A DNA stretch of 64,000 nt from an uncultured Christensenella sp. (GTDB lineage Bacteria; Bacillota; Clostridia; Christensenellales; UBA1242). Below are positions 1 to 9,182 of the stretch, one piece after another. Position 1 is the first letter of the stretch. Each line of letters starts with the position of its first letter. The notes beneath the pieces were generated by a model. It did no database searches, was not told the DNA's origin, and saw only the letters and a program-made list of their open reading frames with translations. The stretch spans positions 78-64,077 of the forward strand of contig CASFFG010000005.1 in assembly GCA_949293905.1 (NCBI GenBank), read 5' to 3'. Position numbers and translations under genes: made by a program.

Positions 1-988
1 GTATAATCATACTAATTATCAAAATCAATACATACGCTCCGCTAATAATACCCGAAACGACATACAAATAATTAACTATAAACGAATAGCCAACATATGA
101 TAAAATTAAATTAAATAAGACTATAACAAATACTCCAAAAACAGATTTCTCCCCACGGCACAAAATATGGTGCATATTATAACTACATATTACGAGCGTT
201 GAGAAAAGTGCAAAGATAAGTGTCGCAAAGTATATATAATAAAATGTTTTGTTTACATTTGCGCTAAGTTCGAACATTGGCATATCTGTCGAGAAATTGT
301 TGCTTGCAAACACTAAAATGTTAAGCAAGATTATTAGGCAAATACTTAGTATTACGACTAATCTACCCTTTGTCTTTAGTTTCGTCTCAAACAGTACAGG
401 AAGCGCCGCAACAAAATTATTTACTCCAAAAAGCAGGCCATAGAATATCGCTATACTCATATTCCCAGATACGATTGGAAGATTAACATTTTCGGGAGTC
501 ACATTCGCTATTGAGTTAATTATTATAACCCCTATCATAATAGGAACAATTAAATTCGCAACAAACTTTATTCGCGATATTCCGCCTATTAACAATATTA
601 CTGTTACCACAGAAAGAATTAATGATACAATGTTAAATTTTAGATTAAAGAAAGTTGAAAATAGATAATCTGCCCCCGCGAGCATACCCGCGCTGGTTAT
701 TGAAAAGTTGATTAATAGTACTATTTTAGAAAGTTTGTGCAATCTACCAAACATCTTTTTATTAAATGAATTAAAACTATTTAATTCTAGTTTTCGCCTC
801 ACATACTCTACAACTAAAAACAAGTAAATATACAATAGTCCAAATGATATTAGCCCTAAAATTGATGCTCCGCCAAAATTAAAAAAGAATACACAAATCT
901 CTTTACCAGAAGCAAATCCTACGCCGATAATAGCGCTTAAAACTAAAAAATAGTCCACGATAGTGGACCATATTTTTCCACCTTTCAT
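1..988 (-). CDS. YkvI-type polytopic membrane protein, 3' end cut by the window edge
   Basis: Not in the supplied ORF track because there is no stop in the window. The reverse-strand ATG at 986-988 opens an uninterrupted frame down to position 1 (329 codons): MKGGKIWSTIVDYFLVLSAIIGVGFASGKEICVFFFNFGG... The protein is hydrophobic throughout. The N-terminal GxGFASG(K/Q)E motif matches what I recall for the YkvI transporter-like family. Confidence 0.6.
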   Translation of the reverse strand, partial: MKGGKIWSTIVDYFLVLSAIIGVGFASGKEICVFFFNFGGASILGLISFGLLYIYLFLVVEYVRRKLELNSFNSFNKKMFGRLHKLSKIVLLINFSITSAGMLAGADYLFSTFFNLKFNIVSLILSVVTVILLIGGISRIKFVANLIVPIMIGVIIINSIANVTPENVNLPIVSGNMSIAIFYGLLFGVNNFVAALPVLFETKLKTKGRLVVILSICLIILLNILVFASNNFSTDMPMFELSANVNKTFYYIYFATLIFALFSTLVICSYNMHHILCRGEKSVFGVFVIVLFNLILSYVGYSFIVNYLYVVSGIISGAYVLILIISMII

Positions 989-1030
989 ATAATTTTATAT
1001 GAAAGATTTTCTTAATTAATGCAAAGTATG

Positions 1031-1732
1031 TTATAACATAATTATGCGACCGCAGTGTTCGCAGGTAAGCATCTTCTTTTCCTTTAATTTTTCTATAAAA
1101 TTTAGTGACAATTCTACTTTACAACCACCGCAAAATACATCTTCAAGCGGTACATAGACTGGGAAGATACCATTCGCTTTCATCTCTTTATACTTTTCGT
1201 ACTTAACTTTCTCGTCTTTATCGGTAATTGAACCTTCAAGTTTAGTGATATGTTTTTGAATTTCAGCAATCTTGGGAGCGACTTCCTGCTTCTTTTGTTC
1301 AATTTGTGCCTTAATCACGGTCGAACGCTTCTTTGCTTCGGTCAATTTATTAGAAAGTTCAGCGCTTTTTCTCACTATCTCTTCCGACTTTCTAACTAAA
1401 TCGTCTACGCGCCTATTCCCTTCGCTAAGTTCTCCTACTAGAGCATTAGCGTCAGTAATTAAATTTTCAATATTTTCCAAATCAATATTTTCAGTGTTAC
1501 GCTTTCTAACTATCTCACTATTACCCTTGCATTTATTATACTTTGTCATCTCAATGTTATACTGAGTAATCAAGTCATTAGCCTGAGTTTCAAGTTGCTC
1601 AAAACGAGTACGCCCATCTTGTAATAGTTTTTTGTAATTTCTAAAACTGACACTTGCAGGGCATTTATCAACTTCGCGCTCTAACGCTCTAATCTGTCTA
1701 TCCAGTTTTTGTATTTCTAATATTGTTTTCAT
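1031..1732 (-). CDS. coiled-coil plus C-terminal zinc-ribbon protein (COG1579/DUF164-like)
   Basis: 233 aa. A long K/E/Q-rich heptad-like N-terminal part is followed by CGGCKVEL...CEHCGRII (CxxC-x-CxxC ribbon). The start ATG shares one base with the rpoD stop (TAATG). Confidence 0.6.
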   Translation of the reverse strand: MKTILEIQKLDRQIRALEREVDKCPASVSFRNYKKLLQDGRTRFEQLETQANDLITQYNIEMTKYNKCKGNSEIVRKRNTENIDLENIENLITDANALVGELSEGNRRVDDLVRKSEEIVRKSAELSNKLTEAKKRSTVIKAQIEQKKQEVAPKIAEIQKHITKLEGSITDKDEKVKYEKYKEMKANGIFPVYVPLEDVFCGGCKVELSLNFIEKLKEKKMLTCEHCGRIIML

Positions 1733-2835
1733 TATTTCTTACCCTTTCTCCTTTTATCTTTCTCTTCTTCTTCCGCTATATCGTCGCGAAGTTTTTTCAA
1801 TTTACTAGGGTGGCGAAGTTTTCTAAGAGCCTTTGCTTCAATCTGTCTTATACGCTCACGCGTAACTGAGAATTCCCTACCCACTTCTTCAAGTGTACGA
1901 GGGTGCGCATCGTCTAGACCATAGCGAAGGCGTAAAACCTTTTGCTCACGCGGAGTTAAACTCTCTAACACACTTAGAAGTTGCTCTTTTAACATATTTT
2001 GCTGAGCGATATCCTGTGGAGAAAGCGCGTTTTCATCTGGGATAATATCCCCAATTTTGCTCTCTTCTTCGTGTCCCATTTTACTTTCTAACGAGATTGG
2101 GTCTTGCGAAATTCGTTGTACTTCCACCACCTTTTCAACCGTGGTATTCAATCTCTCTGCTATTTCTTCTACGCTTGGGTCGCGACCTAATTCTTGCTGT
2201 AAATCACGAACCGCCTTATTTTGTTTATATATAGTTTCTACCATATGAACTGGCACACGCATAAGTCGTGCTTGGTCGGATATAGCACGAGTGATAGATT
2301 GTCTAATCCACCATGTGCCATATGTCGAAAATTTATAGCCCTTTGTATAATCAAATTTCTCTACAGCCTTAGCGAGTCCTAAATTACCTTCCTGAATTAA
2401 ATCTAGGAAAGGAAGTTTATTTTGGTAATGTTTAGCAATACTGACAACTAATCTAAGGTTAGACTCCCAGAGTTTGTTGCGCGCATATAAACTATGCTCT
2501 TCCTTTAATTGACGGCTCAATTCACACTCTTCTTCTGCGGACAAAAGCGGAATGTTTCCTATCTCTTTTAAATACATTTTAACCGGGTCATCTTTATTAA
2601 TTTGACTTATGATGTTTTCAAATTCCTTATTGTCAACTGGAATATCGCTCACAGAATCCGTAACCGTTATACCATTATAAATTAAAAATTGCTTAACCTG
2701 TTCAACTTCTTCCGCATTTATCTCTTCGTATTTTCCAATGAGTTTAGAGCAAAGTCTATCTTCCGAAATAGACTTTTGATGATTAGATTTAAATTGCTCT
2801 AATAATTTTTGCTGTATTTCTTCAACATTAACCAT
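1732..2835 (-). CDS. rpoD: primary RNA polymerase sigma factor (sigma-70 / SigA)
   Basis: Region 2 is [41 protein letters not shown] and region 4.2 is [31 protein letters not shown] prefer the ATG at 2835 (MVNVEE..., GAGGAG just upstream) over the track start at 2850. Confidence 0.95.
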   Translation of the reverse strand: MVNVEEIQQKLLEQFKSNHQKSISEDRLCSKLIGKYEEINAEEVEQVKQFLIYNGITVTDSVSDIPVDNKEFENIISQINKDDPVKMYLKEIGNIPLLSAEEECELSRQLKEEHSLYARNKLWESNLRLVVSIAKHYQNKLPFLDLIQEGNLGLAKAVEKFDYTKGYKFSTYGTWWIRQSITRAISDQARLMRVPVHMVETIYKQNKAVRDLQQELGRDPSVEEIAERLNTTVEKVVEVQRISQDPISLESKMGHEEESKIGDIIPDENALSPQDIAQQNMLKEQLLSVLESLTPREQKVLRLRYGLDDAHPRTLEEVGREFSVTRERIRQIEAKALRKLRHPSKLKKLRDDIAEEEEKDKRRKGKK

Positions 2836-3349
2836 TTTTCTTCTCCTCAAATTCTTCTTTTATCTGTTCGCCAATGTAGTAAATTTCGTAATCTTTAAAA
2901 TCAATTCTTGCACCTGGGTCATACATATCAATCGCCCGCATCAGTCCTATATTTGCAGTCTGCACTAAATCTTGTAAATCGACATCTTTATGTAACGACT
3001 TATAATTTAGGCACATATGGAGTACATCTTTCAACTGGGAATTGATAATTTCTTCCTTAATTTTTGCATCGTGTGTTTCGAAGTATCGTTTTAGTTTTTC
3101 GTTTAACTGAGTTTTGTTTATATGTTTAACCTTTTTTAAATCTACATAATAATCTAAAATCTTTTCTAACTCACTTTCGTCAAAGTCTTCGGTTAAACTA
3201 GGTCTAAATTTTGATGATAAATATGCTATAATATCCTTTCTGGAATATATCCCCGCGCGAGCAAGTTCTAAATACACTTTATCTATGTCTTTAACCTTCA
3301 ACGCGGACAGGTATTTATAGAGTTTGTCCGTTTTATCTATCTTTATCAC
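2828..3349 (-). CDS. small protein with only a sigma-70 region 2-like segment (no regions 3 or 4)
   Basis: 173 aa. The GTG start overlaps the dnaG stop (GTGA), with AAGGAG 5 nt upstream. Its stop overlaps the rpoD ATG (ATGGTTAA). The C-terminal [39 protein letters not shown] aligns without gaps to Rpo[40 protein letters not shown]. Confidence 0.6.
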   Translation of the reverse strand: MIKIDKTDKLYKYLSALKVKDIDKVYLELARAGIYSRKDIIAYLSSKFRPSLTEDFDESELEKILDYYVDLKKVKHINKTQLNEKLKRYFETHDAKIKEEIINSQLKDVLHMCLNYKSLHKDVDLQDLVQTANIGLMRAIDMYDPGARIDFKDYEIYYIGEQIKEEFEEKKNG

Positions 3350-5133
3350 ATTTTCTCCTTATTTATTTTTGCAGTGATTTCTTGAAGCCTTTTTAATATT
3401 TCGTTCTGCTCATCGTTAGTTTTAGCCGACTTTAATTCAGCCTGAATTTTTGTCCTTTCACGCTCTAATTCGTACAATTTAACGCGTTTTATGGTATCTG
3501 CCAAAAACTTAGCATAAACATTATCTTCTGGGAACTTATAGTTTATTACCCTATCAATTAATGAATTATTTACAATTTCGAAGTTATCAAACAAGGTAGA
3601 TACATTATAATTTTTACCACTAGAGATTTTTTCTTTTAGAAATCTATACAATTCGCAGAGTTCGTCTGTGCCATTAAACAACTCTTCAATGCTTGATAAA
3701 TCACTAATTTTCTTATAGAGCATGGAAGCGAGCAACATTATTTTACTCTCTAAGATATAGTTCTCGCGAGTCATCTCTTGCCCTTTCTTTTCGCTCTCAA
3801 TAGGTTTTGTAGCGACCTTCTTAACTGACTGCAATTCTAGACTTCTTCGCAACGCATCGATTGGAATTTTAACTGCTTTTTGAACAAAAGACAAATATAT
3901 TTCCCGCTCGGCAGGTGACGAGAACTTCGCTATATAATTAAGCGCTTCCGCTACATATTTAGACTTATCCGCATTGTTTTCTAAGTTATATTTACTTGCT
4001 GTATCTGTTAGAATAAAATCGACACAACCTTGCGCATTATTTAGAGTATCTAGAAAACTATCTTTTCCATATTTTTTTATGTATTCGTCCGGGTCTTTCG
4101 CACCTTTCAATCTTACTACGCGGACATTTAATCCGCTATCTTTTAGAACATCGATTGCTTTATATGTTGCACTCGTTCCTGCGCTATCTCCATCTAAACA
4201 AAGTATAACATTCGAAACAAGTTGTTTAATCCTTTTTGCATGCTGTGGTGTTAGAGCAGTACCCATACAACCTATAGTATTTGTTATTCCAACTTGATGA
4301 CAAGCAATGACATCAATATGCCCCTCAACTATAACGATTGTATCTAGTGCAGTATTCTTCTTTTTTTCCTCCCTAACAAAGTTGTAAGCAAACAATACTT
4401 CGCTCTTATTAAATATTGGGGATTGCGGACTATTTTTATATTTTGTATGGTCAGGGTTAGCCTCAACTGAACGACCAGAAAATGCAACCACATCACCAAA
4501 GCCATTGAATATAGGGAAAATGAGTCGCTTACCATAGAAGTCGTACGCTCCATGCTCATTCCTTCCTACTACTCCAGCCATGGATAAATCGTTGATGTTA
4601 TATCCACGGTTAGTTAGGTGCTTTACTAAATCTTCATAATTTAACGATGCACCGATTTGAAATTTCTCTACCATTTCGGGCGAAATTTTGCGACTTGCAA
4701 GATATTTAGCCTGCTCACTATTTGGATTTTGTAATAAATTTTTATGATAAAATTCGGTTGTCGCACGCATTATGCTATAAGCGACATCTCGATCGCGTTT
4801 CCGCTTTCGCATCTCTTCTTGGTCTTCGTTTGAAGGAAGAGTCAATCCAGCGTCTTTTGCTATCATTTCAACCGCGTCCATAAAACTTATGTTTTCCATT
4901 TTCATAACTAGATTATAGACATTTCCGCTCTCGCCACAGCCAAAACATTTATAAAATTGATTATCCTGATGTACGACGAAAGATGGGGTCCTCTCATTGT
5001 GGAATGGACAGCACGCCCAAAAATCGTTACCCCTACGATTTAGAGTAACATATCTGGACGCATAATCAACTATGTCAACCTTTGAACGCAGATAATCGAT
5101 AAACTCACTTAAATCATCTTTCATCTTACGCAA
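3346..5133 (-). CDS. dnaG: DNA primase
   Basis: 595 aa. Zinc-binding CCPFHNERTPSF...CFGCG, a TOPRIM region (VIVEGHIDV...CLDGDSAG) and a C-terminal helicase-interaction-type region. The track start is TTG at 5133; the ATG at 5124 (MKDDL) is an alternative. Confidence 0.93.
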   Translation of the reverse strand: MRKMKDDLSEFIDYLRSKVDIVDYASRYVTLNRRGNDFWACCPFHNERTPSFVVHQDNQFYKCFGCGESGNVYNLVMKMENISFMDAVEMIAKDAGLTLPSNEDQEEMRKRKRDRDVAYSIMRATTEFYHKNLLQNPNSEQAKYLASRKISPEMVEKFQIGASLNYEDLVKHLTNRGYNINDLSMAGVVGRNEHGAYDFYGKRLIFPIFNGFGDVVAFSGRSVEANPDHTKYKNSPQSPIFNKSEVLFAYNFVREEKKKNTALDTIVIVEGHIDVIACHQVGITNTIGCMGTALTPQHAKRIKQLVSNVILCLDGDSAGTSATYKAIDVLKDSGLNVRVVRLKGAKDPDEYIKKYGKDSFLDTLNNAQGCVDFILTDTASKYNLENNADKSKYVAEALNYIAKFSSPAEREIYLSFVQKAVKIPIDALRRSLELQSVKKVATKPIESEKKGQEMTRENYILESKIMLLASMLYKKISDLSSIEELFNGTDELCELYRFLKEKISSGKNYNVSTLFDNFEIVNNSLIDRVINYKFPEDNVYAKFLADTIKRVKLYELERERTKIQAELKSAKTNDEQNEILKRLQEITAKINKEKM

Positions 5134-5301
5134 AACTCCTGATACCGAAAAAATACCACATAAAAACCTATTATCCTAAAAAATTGGAAAATTTTATTAT
5201 AAAAAATTACTTAATTTTAAATCAAAATTTATCCTCTTCATTACATAATACAACAAAGAATTTAAAACTCCTAAAAATTTTTTAAAAAATCTAGGAGATT
5301 G

Positions 5302-5328
5302 AAAAAACTCGCGATATGCGAGTTTTTA
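5302..5328 (-). terminator. rho-independent terminator after rplL
   Basis: ACTCGC-gatat-GCGAGT hairpin (5307-5323) flanked by an A-run and a T-run. It reads as a hairpin plus U-tract on the minus strand immediately downstream of the rplL stop. Confidence 0.75.
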
Positions 5329-5339
5329 AGCATAAAGAA

Positions 5340-5705
5340 TTATTTAAGTTCAACAACAGCGCCTGCTGCTTCAAGTGCTTTCTTAAGCGCTTCTGCTTCT
5401 TCCTTGTTAACATTTTCTTTAACATTAGCAGGAGCACCTTCAACTAATGCCTTGGCCTCCATCAAGCCTAAGCCAGTTGCTTCACGAACTGCCTTAATAA
5501 CAGCGATTTTATTAGGTCCGCATTCCTTTAATACAACTGTGAATTCAGTCTTCTCTTCTTCTACTGGAGCGGCTGCGGCTGCTGGGCCTGCAACTACTGC
5601 TGCGGCTGCGCTAACGCCAAATTTTTCTTCTAATGCTTTAACTAGGTCGTTAAGTTCAACGACAGTCATCTTTTTAATCTCTTCAATTATTTCTTGATTA
5701 GTCAT
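5340..5705 (-). CDS. rplL: 50S ribosomal protein L7/L12
   Basis: 121 aa with an Ala-rich hinge ([19 protein letters not shown]) and the conserved C-terminal domain [37 protein letters not shown]. Confidence 0.97.
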   Translation of the reverse strand: MTNQEIIEEIKKMTVVELNDLVKALEEKFGVSAAAAVVAGPAAAAAPVEEEKTEFTVVLKECGPNKIAVIKAVREATGLGLMEAKALVEGAPANVKENVNKEEAEALKKALEAAGAVVELK

Positions 5706-5783
5706 TTTTCTTCTCCTTTTATTTTTGGTCTAATAAATATCTAGTTCGACCACATCTAGACATAAGTCTAATAGAAATATATA

Positions 5784-6266
5784 TTATTTCTCTGCGATTG
5801 CTTTGATTGCACGAGCAAGACTCGATACTGGTGCATTGAGGACATATAGTAATTGAGCGATAAGTTGTTCTCTTCCCGGTATTGATGCTAATTGATTTAC
5901 TTCACTTTCGCTTAATGCCTTACCATTAGATAAACCAGCCTTAATTGAAAGAGTATTGTAAGTTTTAGTAGCATTCTTAACCATACGAGGAGCAACTGTT
6001 TCATCTTCTAGACCGAAAGCAAATGCCGTCGTACCATTTAAAACATCGTCCAAACCAGTTATACCAAGTTGTTCACATGCTTTTCTAAAAAGAGTGTTCT
6101 TAATAACTTTATATACAACGTTATTTTCTCTTAAAGTTTTTCTAAAAGCAGTATCTTGGCTAACCGTAATTCCGCGATAGTCTAATAGAACAACCGATTT
6201 AGATGTGTTAATCAAATTCTTAATTTCCTCTACCGCATTCTTCTTAGCTTCTAGATTTGCTGACAC
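5784..6266 (-). CDS. rplJ: 50S ribosomal protein L10
   Basis: 160 aa. GTG start with a GGAGGA RBS. It sits directly upstream of rplL and the sequence is L10-like (VLLDYRGITVSQDTAFRKTLRE). Confidence 0.93.
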   Translation of the reverse strand: MSANLEAKKNAVEEIKNLINTSKSVVLLDYRGITVSQDTAFRKTLRENNVVYKVIKNTLFRKACEQLGITGLDDVLNGTTAFAFGLEDETVAPRMVKNATKTYNTLSIKAGLSNGKALSESEVNQLASIPGREQLIAQLLYVLNAPVSSLARAIKAIAEK

Positions 6267-6455
6267 TTTATCCTCCTTTATGCTTTTAAATAAAAATTCC
6301 TCTTGCGTTAGACAAAAGGAATATAATCAATTATCGACAAAAATTATATCTTCTATCCTACACAGGCAAATGTTAGGCTAAATAGCACCTGTGGTCTAAG
6401 GCATGAATTTTTATTTAATTAGTCTTATTTTATACTATTAGGTATTGTTTGTCAA
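6267..6455 (-). promoter_or_regulatory. rplJ promoter plus L10-leader-like 5' UTR with intrinsic attenuator hairpin
   Basis: On the minus strand: TTGACA (6450-6455), 17 nt, TAAAAT (6427-6432). This gives a UTR of about 150 nt containing a CACAGG...CCTGTG helix and a 10-bp hairpin ATTCCTTTTG/CAAGAGGAAT (6296-6322) followed by TTTTTATTT, just before the RBS. This fits the transcription-attenuation type L10 leader of Firmicutes. I did not check it against a covariance model. Confidence 0.5.
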
Positions 6456-6510
6456 GAGATTTTTAAAAATTTTTAGCAAATATTTTATAACTATAAATGT
6501 AATACTTAAA

Positions 6511-8943
6511 CTAAACATATTCTCTTAGAGATACACCTGTAACTGTATTTGTTTTAGCCAATTCTTTTGGTGAACCAGTTGCAACAACCATTCCACCATC
6601 TTCGCCTGCGCCCGGACCCATATCAATAATATAATCTGCACACGCTATTAACTCCATATTATGTTCAACGATTATTACAGAATTACCTTCACTGATGAGT
6701 TTTTCAAACATATTCAACAGATTTTGCACATCAACTGAGTGCAGTCCAGCCGAAGGCTCATCAAAAACATATAAAACATTTTTCAATTTGCTGTTCATTA
6801 AATTAGTGGCTAACTTTAAGCGCTGTGATTCCCCGCCTGACAACTCTGCAATGTTTTGTCCAAGGCGTAAGTATCCTAAGCCGACATCTTTTAATAGAGC
6901 GAGTTTCTTTTGTATACTTTTCTCAGTGCTAAAAAAGTCATAAGCGGTATCAACATCAAAATCAAGAATTTGGGATATATTCTTGTTACGATATTGAACG
7001 CTTAAGATTTGATTATTAAATCTACGACCATTACAACTTGGGCATTTAATTTCGGCATTAGTAAAATAACCTGAAAGTTTTATCTTACCAAACCCGCCAC
7101 ATTGTGGACATGAACCGGTTGTATTATTAAAACTGAACGCGGTTTCCGTAAGACCTTGTTCAACAGCAGATTCGGTATTTGCGAATATCTTTCTAATATC
7201 CGGCATGATTTCACTATATGTAGCCACAACAGAGCGCACATTGTTTCCAATAGGAGATTGAGAACAAAGTATAATTTGCCCCACTTCTTCGCGGTTTACC
7301 ATATTGGCCTGTACTCTTGCTCTCGTCTTTGAAACTTGCCTATTTTGTTTGCCACATTCTACAAGCGAATCAAATACTAGAGAACTCTTCCCAGAGCCAC
7401 TAACACCAGTAATTGCCACAACGCAATGAAGAGGTATATCAACATTTACATTTTTTAGATTATTAGAATTAGCGTTTCGAATACCTATAGAATCGTTTAA
7501 ATCATACTTGCAAGGTTTATTTCTTTTAATTTTTAATTGCTTAGACAATAACTTCTGGGTCAAGCAATTCGTTGTTTTCAATTCTTTTTTTGTCCCATTA
7601 TAGACGACTTCTCCGCCGCGATAAGATGCGCCGGGGCCGAATTCAATTATATTATCCGCAATATCGATAAGTCGTGGATTATGTTCAACTAATAAGATTG
7701 TGTTTCCATTGCCCGCAGATTGCAATGTTTTTATCACTTTAATCAAATTTGGAATCTCGCAAGCATGCAAACCAACAGATGGTTCATCAAGGACATATAA
7801 AACGCCAGACATATTATTCGATAATAATGTAGAAAGAAATAGTCGATGCATTTCCCCGCCTGATAGCGAAGCCGTTTTCCTTGATAAACTAAGATACGAA
7901 ATCCCTAGATTAATAATAATTTCACACTGGTCTAAAATTTTATTGATTGGAACGCTGATAATTTCATCTCGAAAATCGCCGAAATGAAGATTCTTTAAAA
8001 AATGATATAAATCATAAATCGTCATATTTTGTAAATCACAAATATTCTTGTTATTTATTAACACACTTTGCGCCAATTTTGAAATACCTGCTCCATTACA
8101 TTCTTCACATACTGAATATGTGAAAAATTGGGACAACTGTTGTCTAAGTTTATTACTAGTGGTTGTTTTATATGTCTTTAAAATTTCGTTAACTATACCA
8201 TCAAACGCAATCTTATTCTTTTTGCTCTTTTTGACTCCATATAAAAGCGCAACTTTAAGTTCGTTAGTAAAATCTTTTATTGGAGTATCCATTGTTACAC
8301 CGTATTGCGTTACAAGAGATTTAAAAAAATTATATTTAGTACCGCTTTTTGTTGGAACTCCATACAGAAAACCGCCTTCATTGAGCGATAATTCTTGATT
8401 TGGATATAAAGTTGTTTCATCTACGTTTACGACAACACCTTCTCCACCGCAAGTTTGGCACATGCCGTTTGGCGACATATTTGAAAAATAAGAAGGCGGG
8501 AATGTCGTTGCTTTATAGCCACATTTAGGACAAGGTACATATGCAGATACATATGTTTTTAGCCCTATTTTTTGACAATGTGGACAAGGTTGTTGACCAA
8601 TAGATGAAAATATTGTAAATAAAAATGAATTAATATGAGATAAACTACCGACAGTGCTTAATGAATTAGACACATTTCTAATTTGCCGAACTGCTATTGT
8701 AGGTGGCAAACCTATTGCCATATCAAGGTCTGGTGAACAAGTTCTAGACAGATAAAAGGTTTCGCTTGGATTTAAAACTTCTAAAAACTGACGACGCCCT
8801 TCGCTATAAACCGTGTCGAAAGCAAAGGAAGATTTACCCGAGCCAGACACACCCGTTACAGCCGTGATTTTACCATAAGGAAATGAAACATTTATATTTT
8901 TTAGATTACCTTCTCTACAGCCAATGAACTTAATTTCATTCAT
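6511..8943 (-). CDS. UvrA-family tandem ABC ATPase lacking the UvrB-binding domain (class II-like UvrA paralogue)
   Basis: 810 aa with two Walker A motifs (GVSGSGKSS twice) and two signature/Walker B pairs (LSGGEMHRL..LYVLDEPS and LSGGESQRL..LYVFDEPS). The zinc modules are CPHC-x14-CPKC, CQTCGGEG and CEECNGAG. Confidence 0.85.
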   Translation of the reverse strand: MNEIKFIGCREGNLKNINVSFPYGKITAVTGVSGSGKSSFAFDTVYSEGRRQFLEVLNPSETFYLSRTCSPDLDMAIGLPPTIAVRQIRNVSNSLSTVGSLSHINSFLFTIFSSIGQQPCPHCQKIGLKTYVSAYVPCPKCGYKATTFPPSYFSNMSPNGMCQTCGGEGVVVNVDETTLYPNQELSLNEGGFLYGVPTKSGTKYNFFKSLVTQYGVTMDTPIKDFTNELKVALLYGVKKSKKNKIAFDGIVNEILKTYKTTTSNKLRQQLSQFFTYSVCEECNGAGISKLAQSVLINNKNICDLQNMTIYDLYHFLKNLHFGDFRDEIISVPINKILDQCEIIINLGISYLSLSRKTASLSGGEMHRLFLSTLLSNNMSGVLYVLDEPSVGLHACEIPNLIKVIKTLQSAGNGNTILLVEHNPRLIDIADNIIEFGPGASYRGGEVVYNGTKKELKTTNCLTQKLLSKQLKIKRNKPCKYDLNDSIGIRNANSNNLKNVNVDIPLHCVVAITGVSGSGKSSLVFDSLVECGKQNRQVSKTRARVQANMVNREEVGQIILCSQSPIGNNVRSVVATYSEIMPDIRKIFANTESAVEQGLTETAFSFNNTTGSCPQCGGFGKIKLSGYFTNAEIKCPSCNGRRFNNQILSVQYRNKNISQILDFDVDTAYDFFSTEKSIQKKLALLKDVGLGYLRLGQNIAELSGGESQRLKLATNLMNSKLKNVLYVFDEPSAGLHSVDVQNLLNMFEKLISEGNSVIIVEHNMELIACADYIIDMGPGAGEDGGMVVATGSPKELAKTNTVTGVSLREYV

Positions 8944-9023
8944 GATTGCACCGCCTTTATAATAATTTTAAATTATGGAAAATCTATCTATACTTGGTCG
9001 TCTACACCATTTTATTTTATCTT

Positions 9024-9052
9024 AATATATCGTATTTGGGGAATAAAATCAA
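9024..9052 (-). promoter_or_regulatory. candidate sigma-A promoter of the uvrA-like gene
   Basis: On the minus strand: TTGATT (9047-9052), 17 nt, TATATT (9024-9029), about 80 nt upstream of the GGCGGTG RBS and ATG at 8943. Confidence 0.5.
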
Positions 9053-9182
9053 GTGTTTAATTTATGTGGGAATTACTTTTTAAAGCGAATTTTGAGCCTT
9101 TTTCTGCATGAAAACAAGGCCTATCTCGTGTGTGATAAGCCTTATTACGCTATACATTATGTTATATTTTGCTTTGCGCTAT

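Noticed and set aside
5299-5697. 132-aa Ala/Ser/Thr-rich ORF on the plus strand. Similar long antisense ORFs from the track lie inside ppdK (10369-10836), parE (23309-23887), the uvrA-like gene (8048-8398), abcF (16348-16725), mcsB and clpC.
   Set aside because: Each lies exactly antisense to a confidently identified conserved gene and lacks an RBS or promoter. Each has the compositional mirror image of the sense codons. They are typical shadow ORFs.
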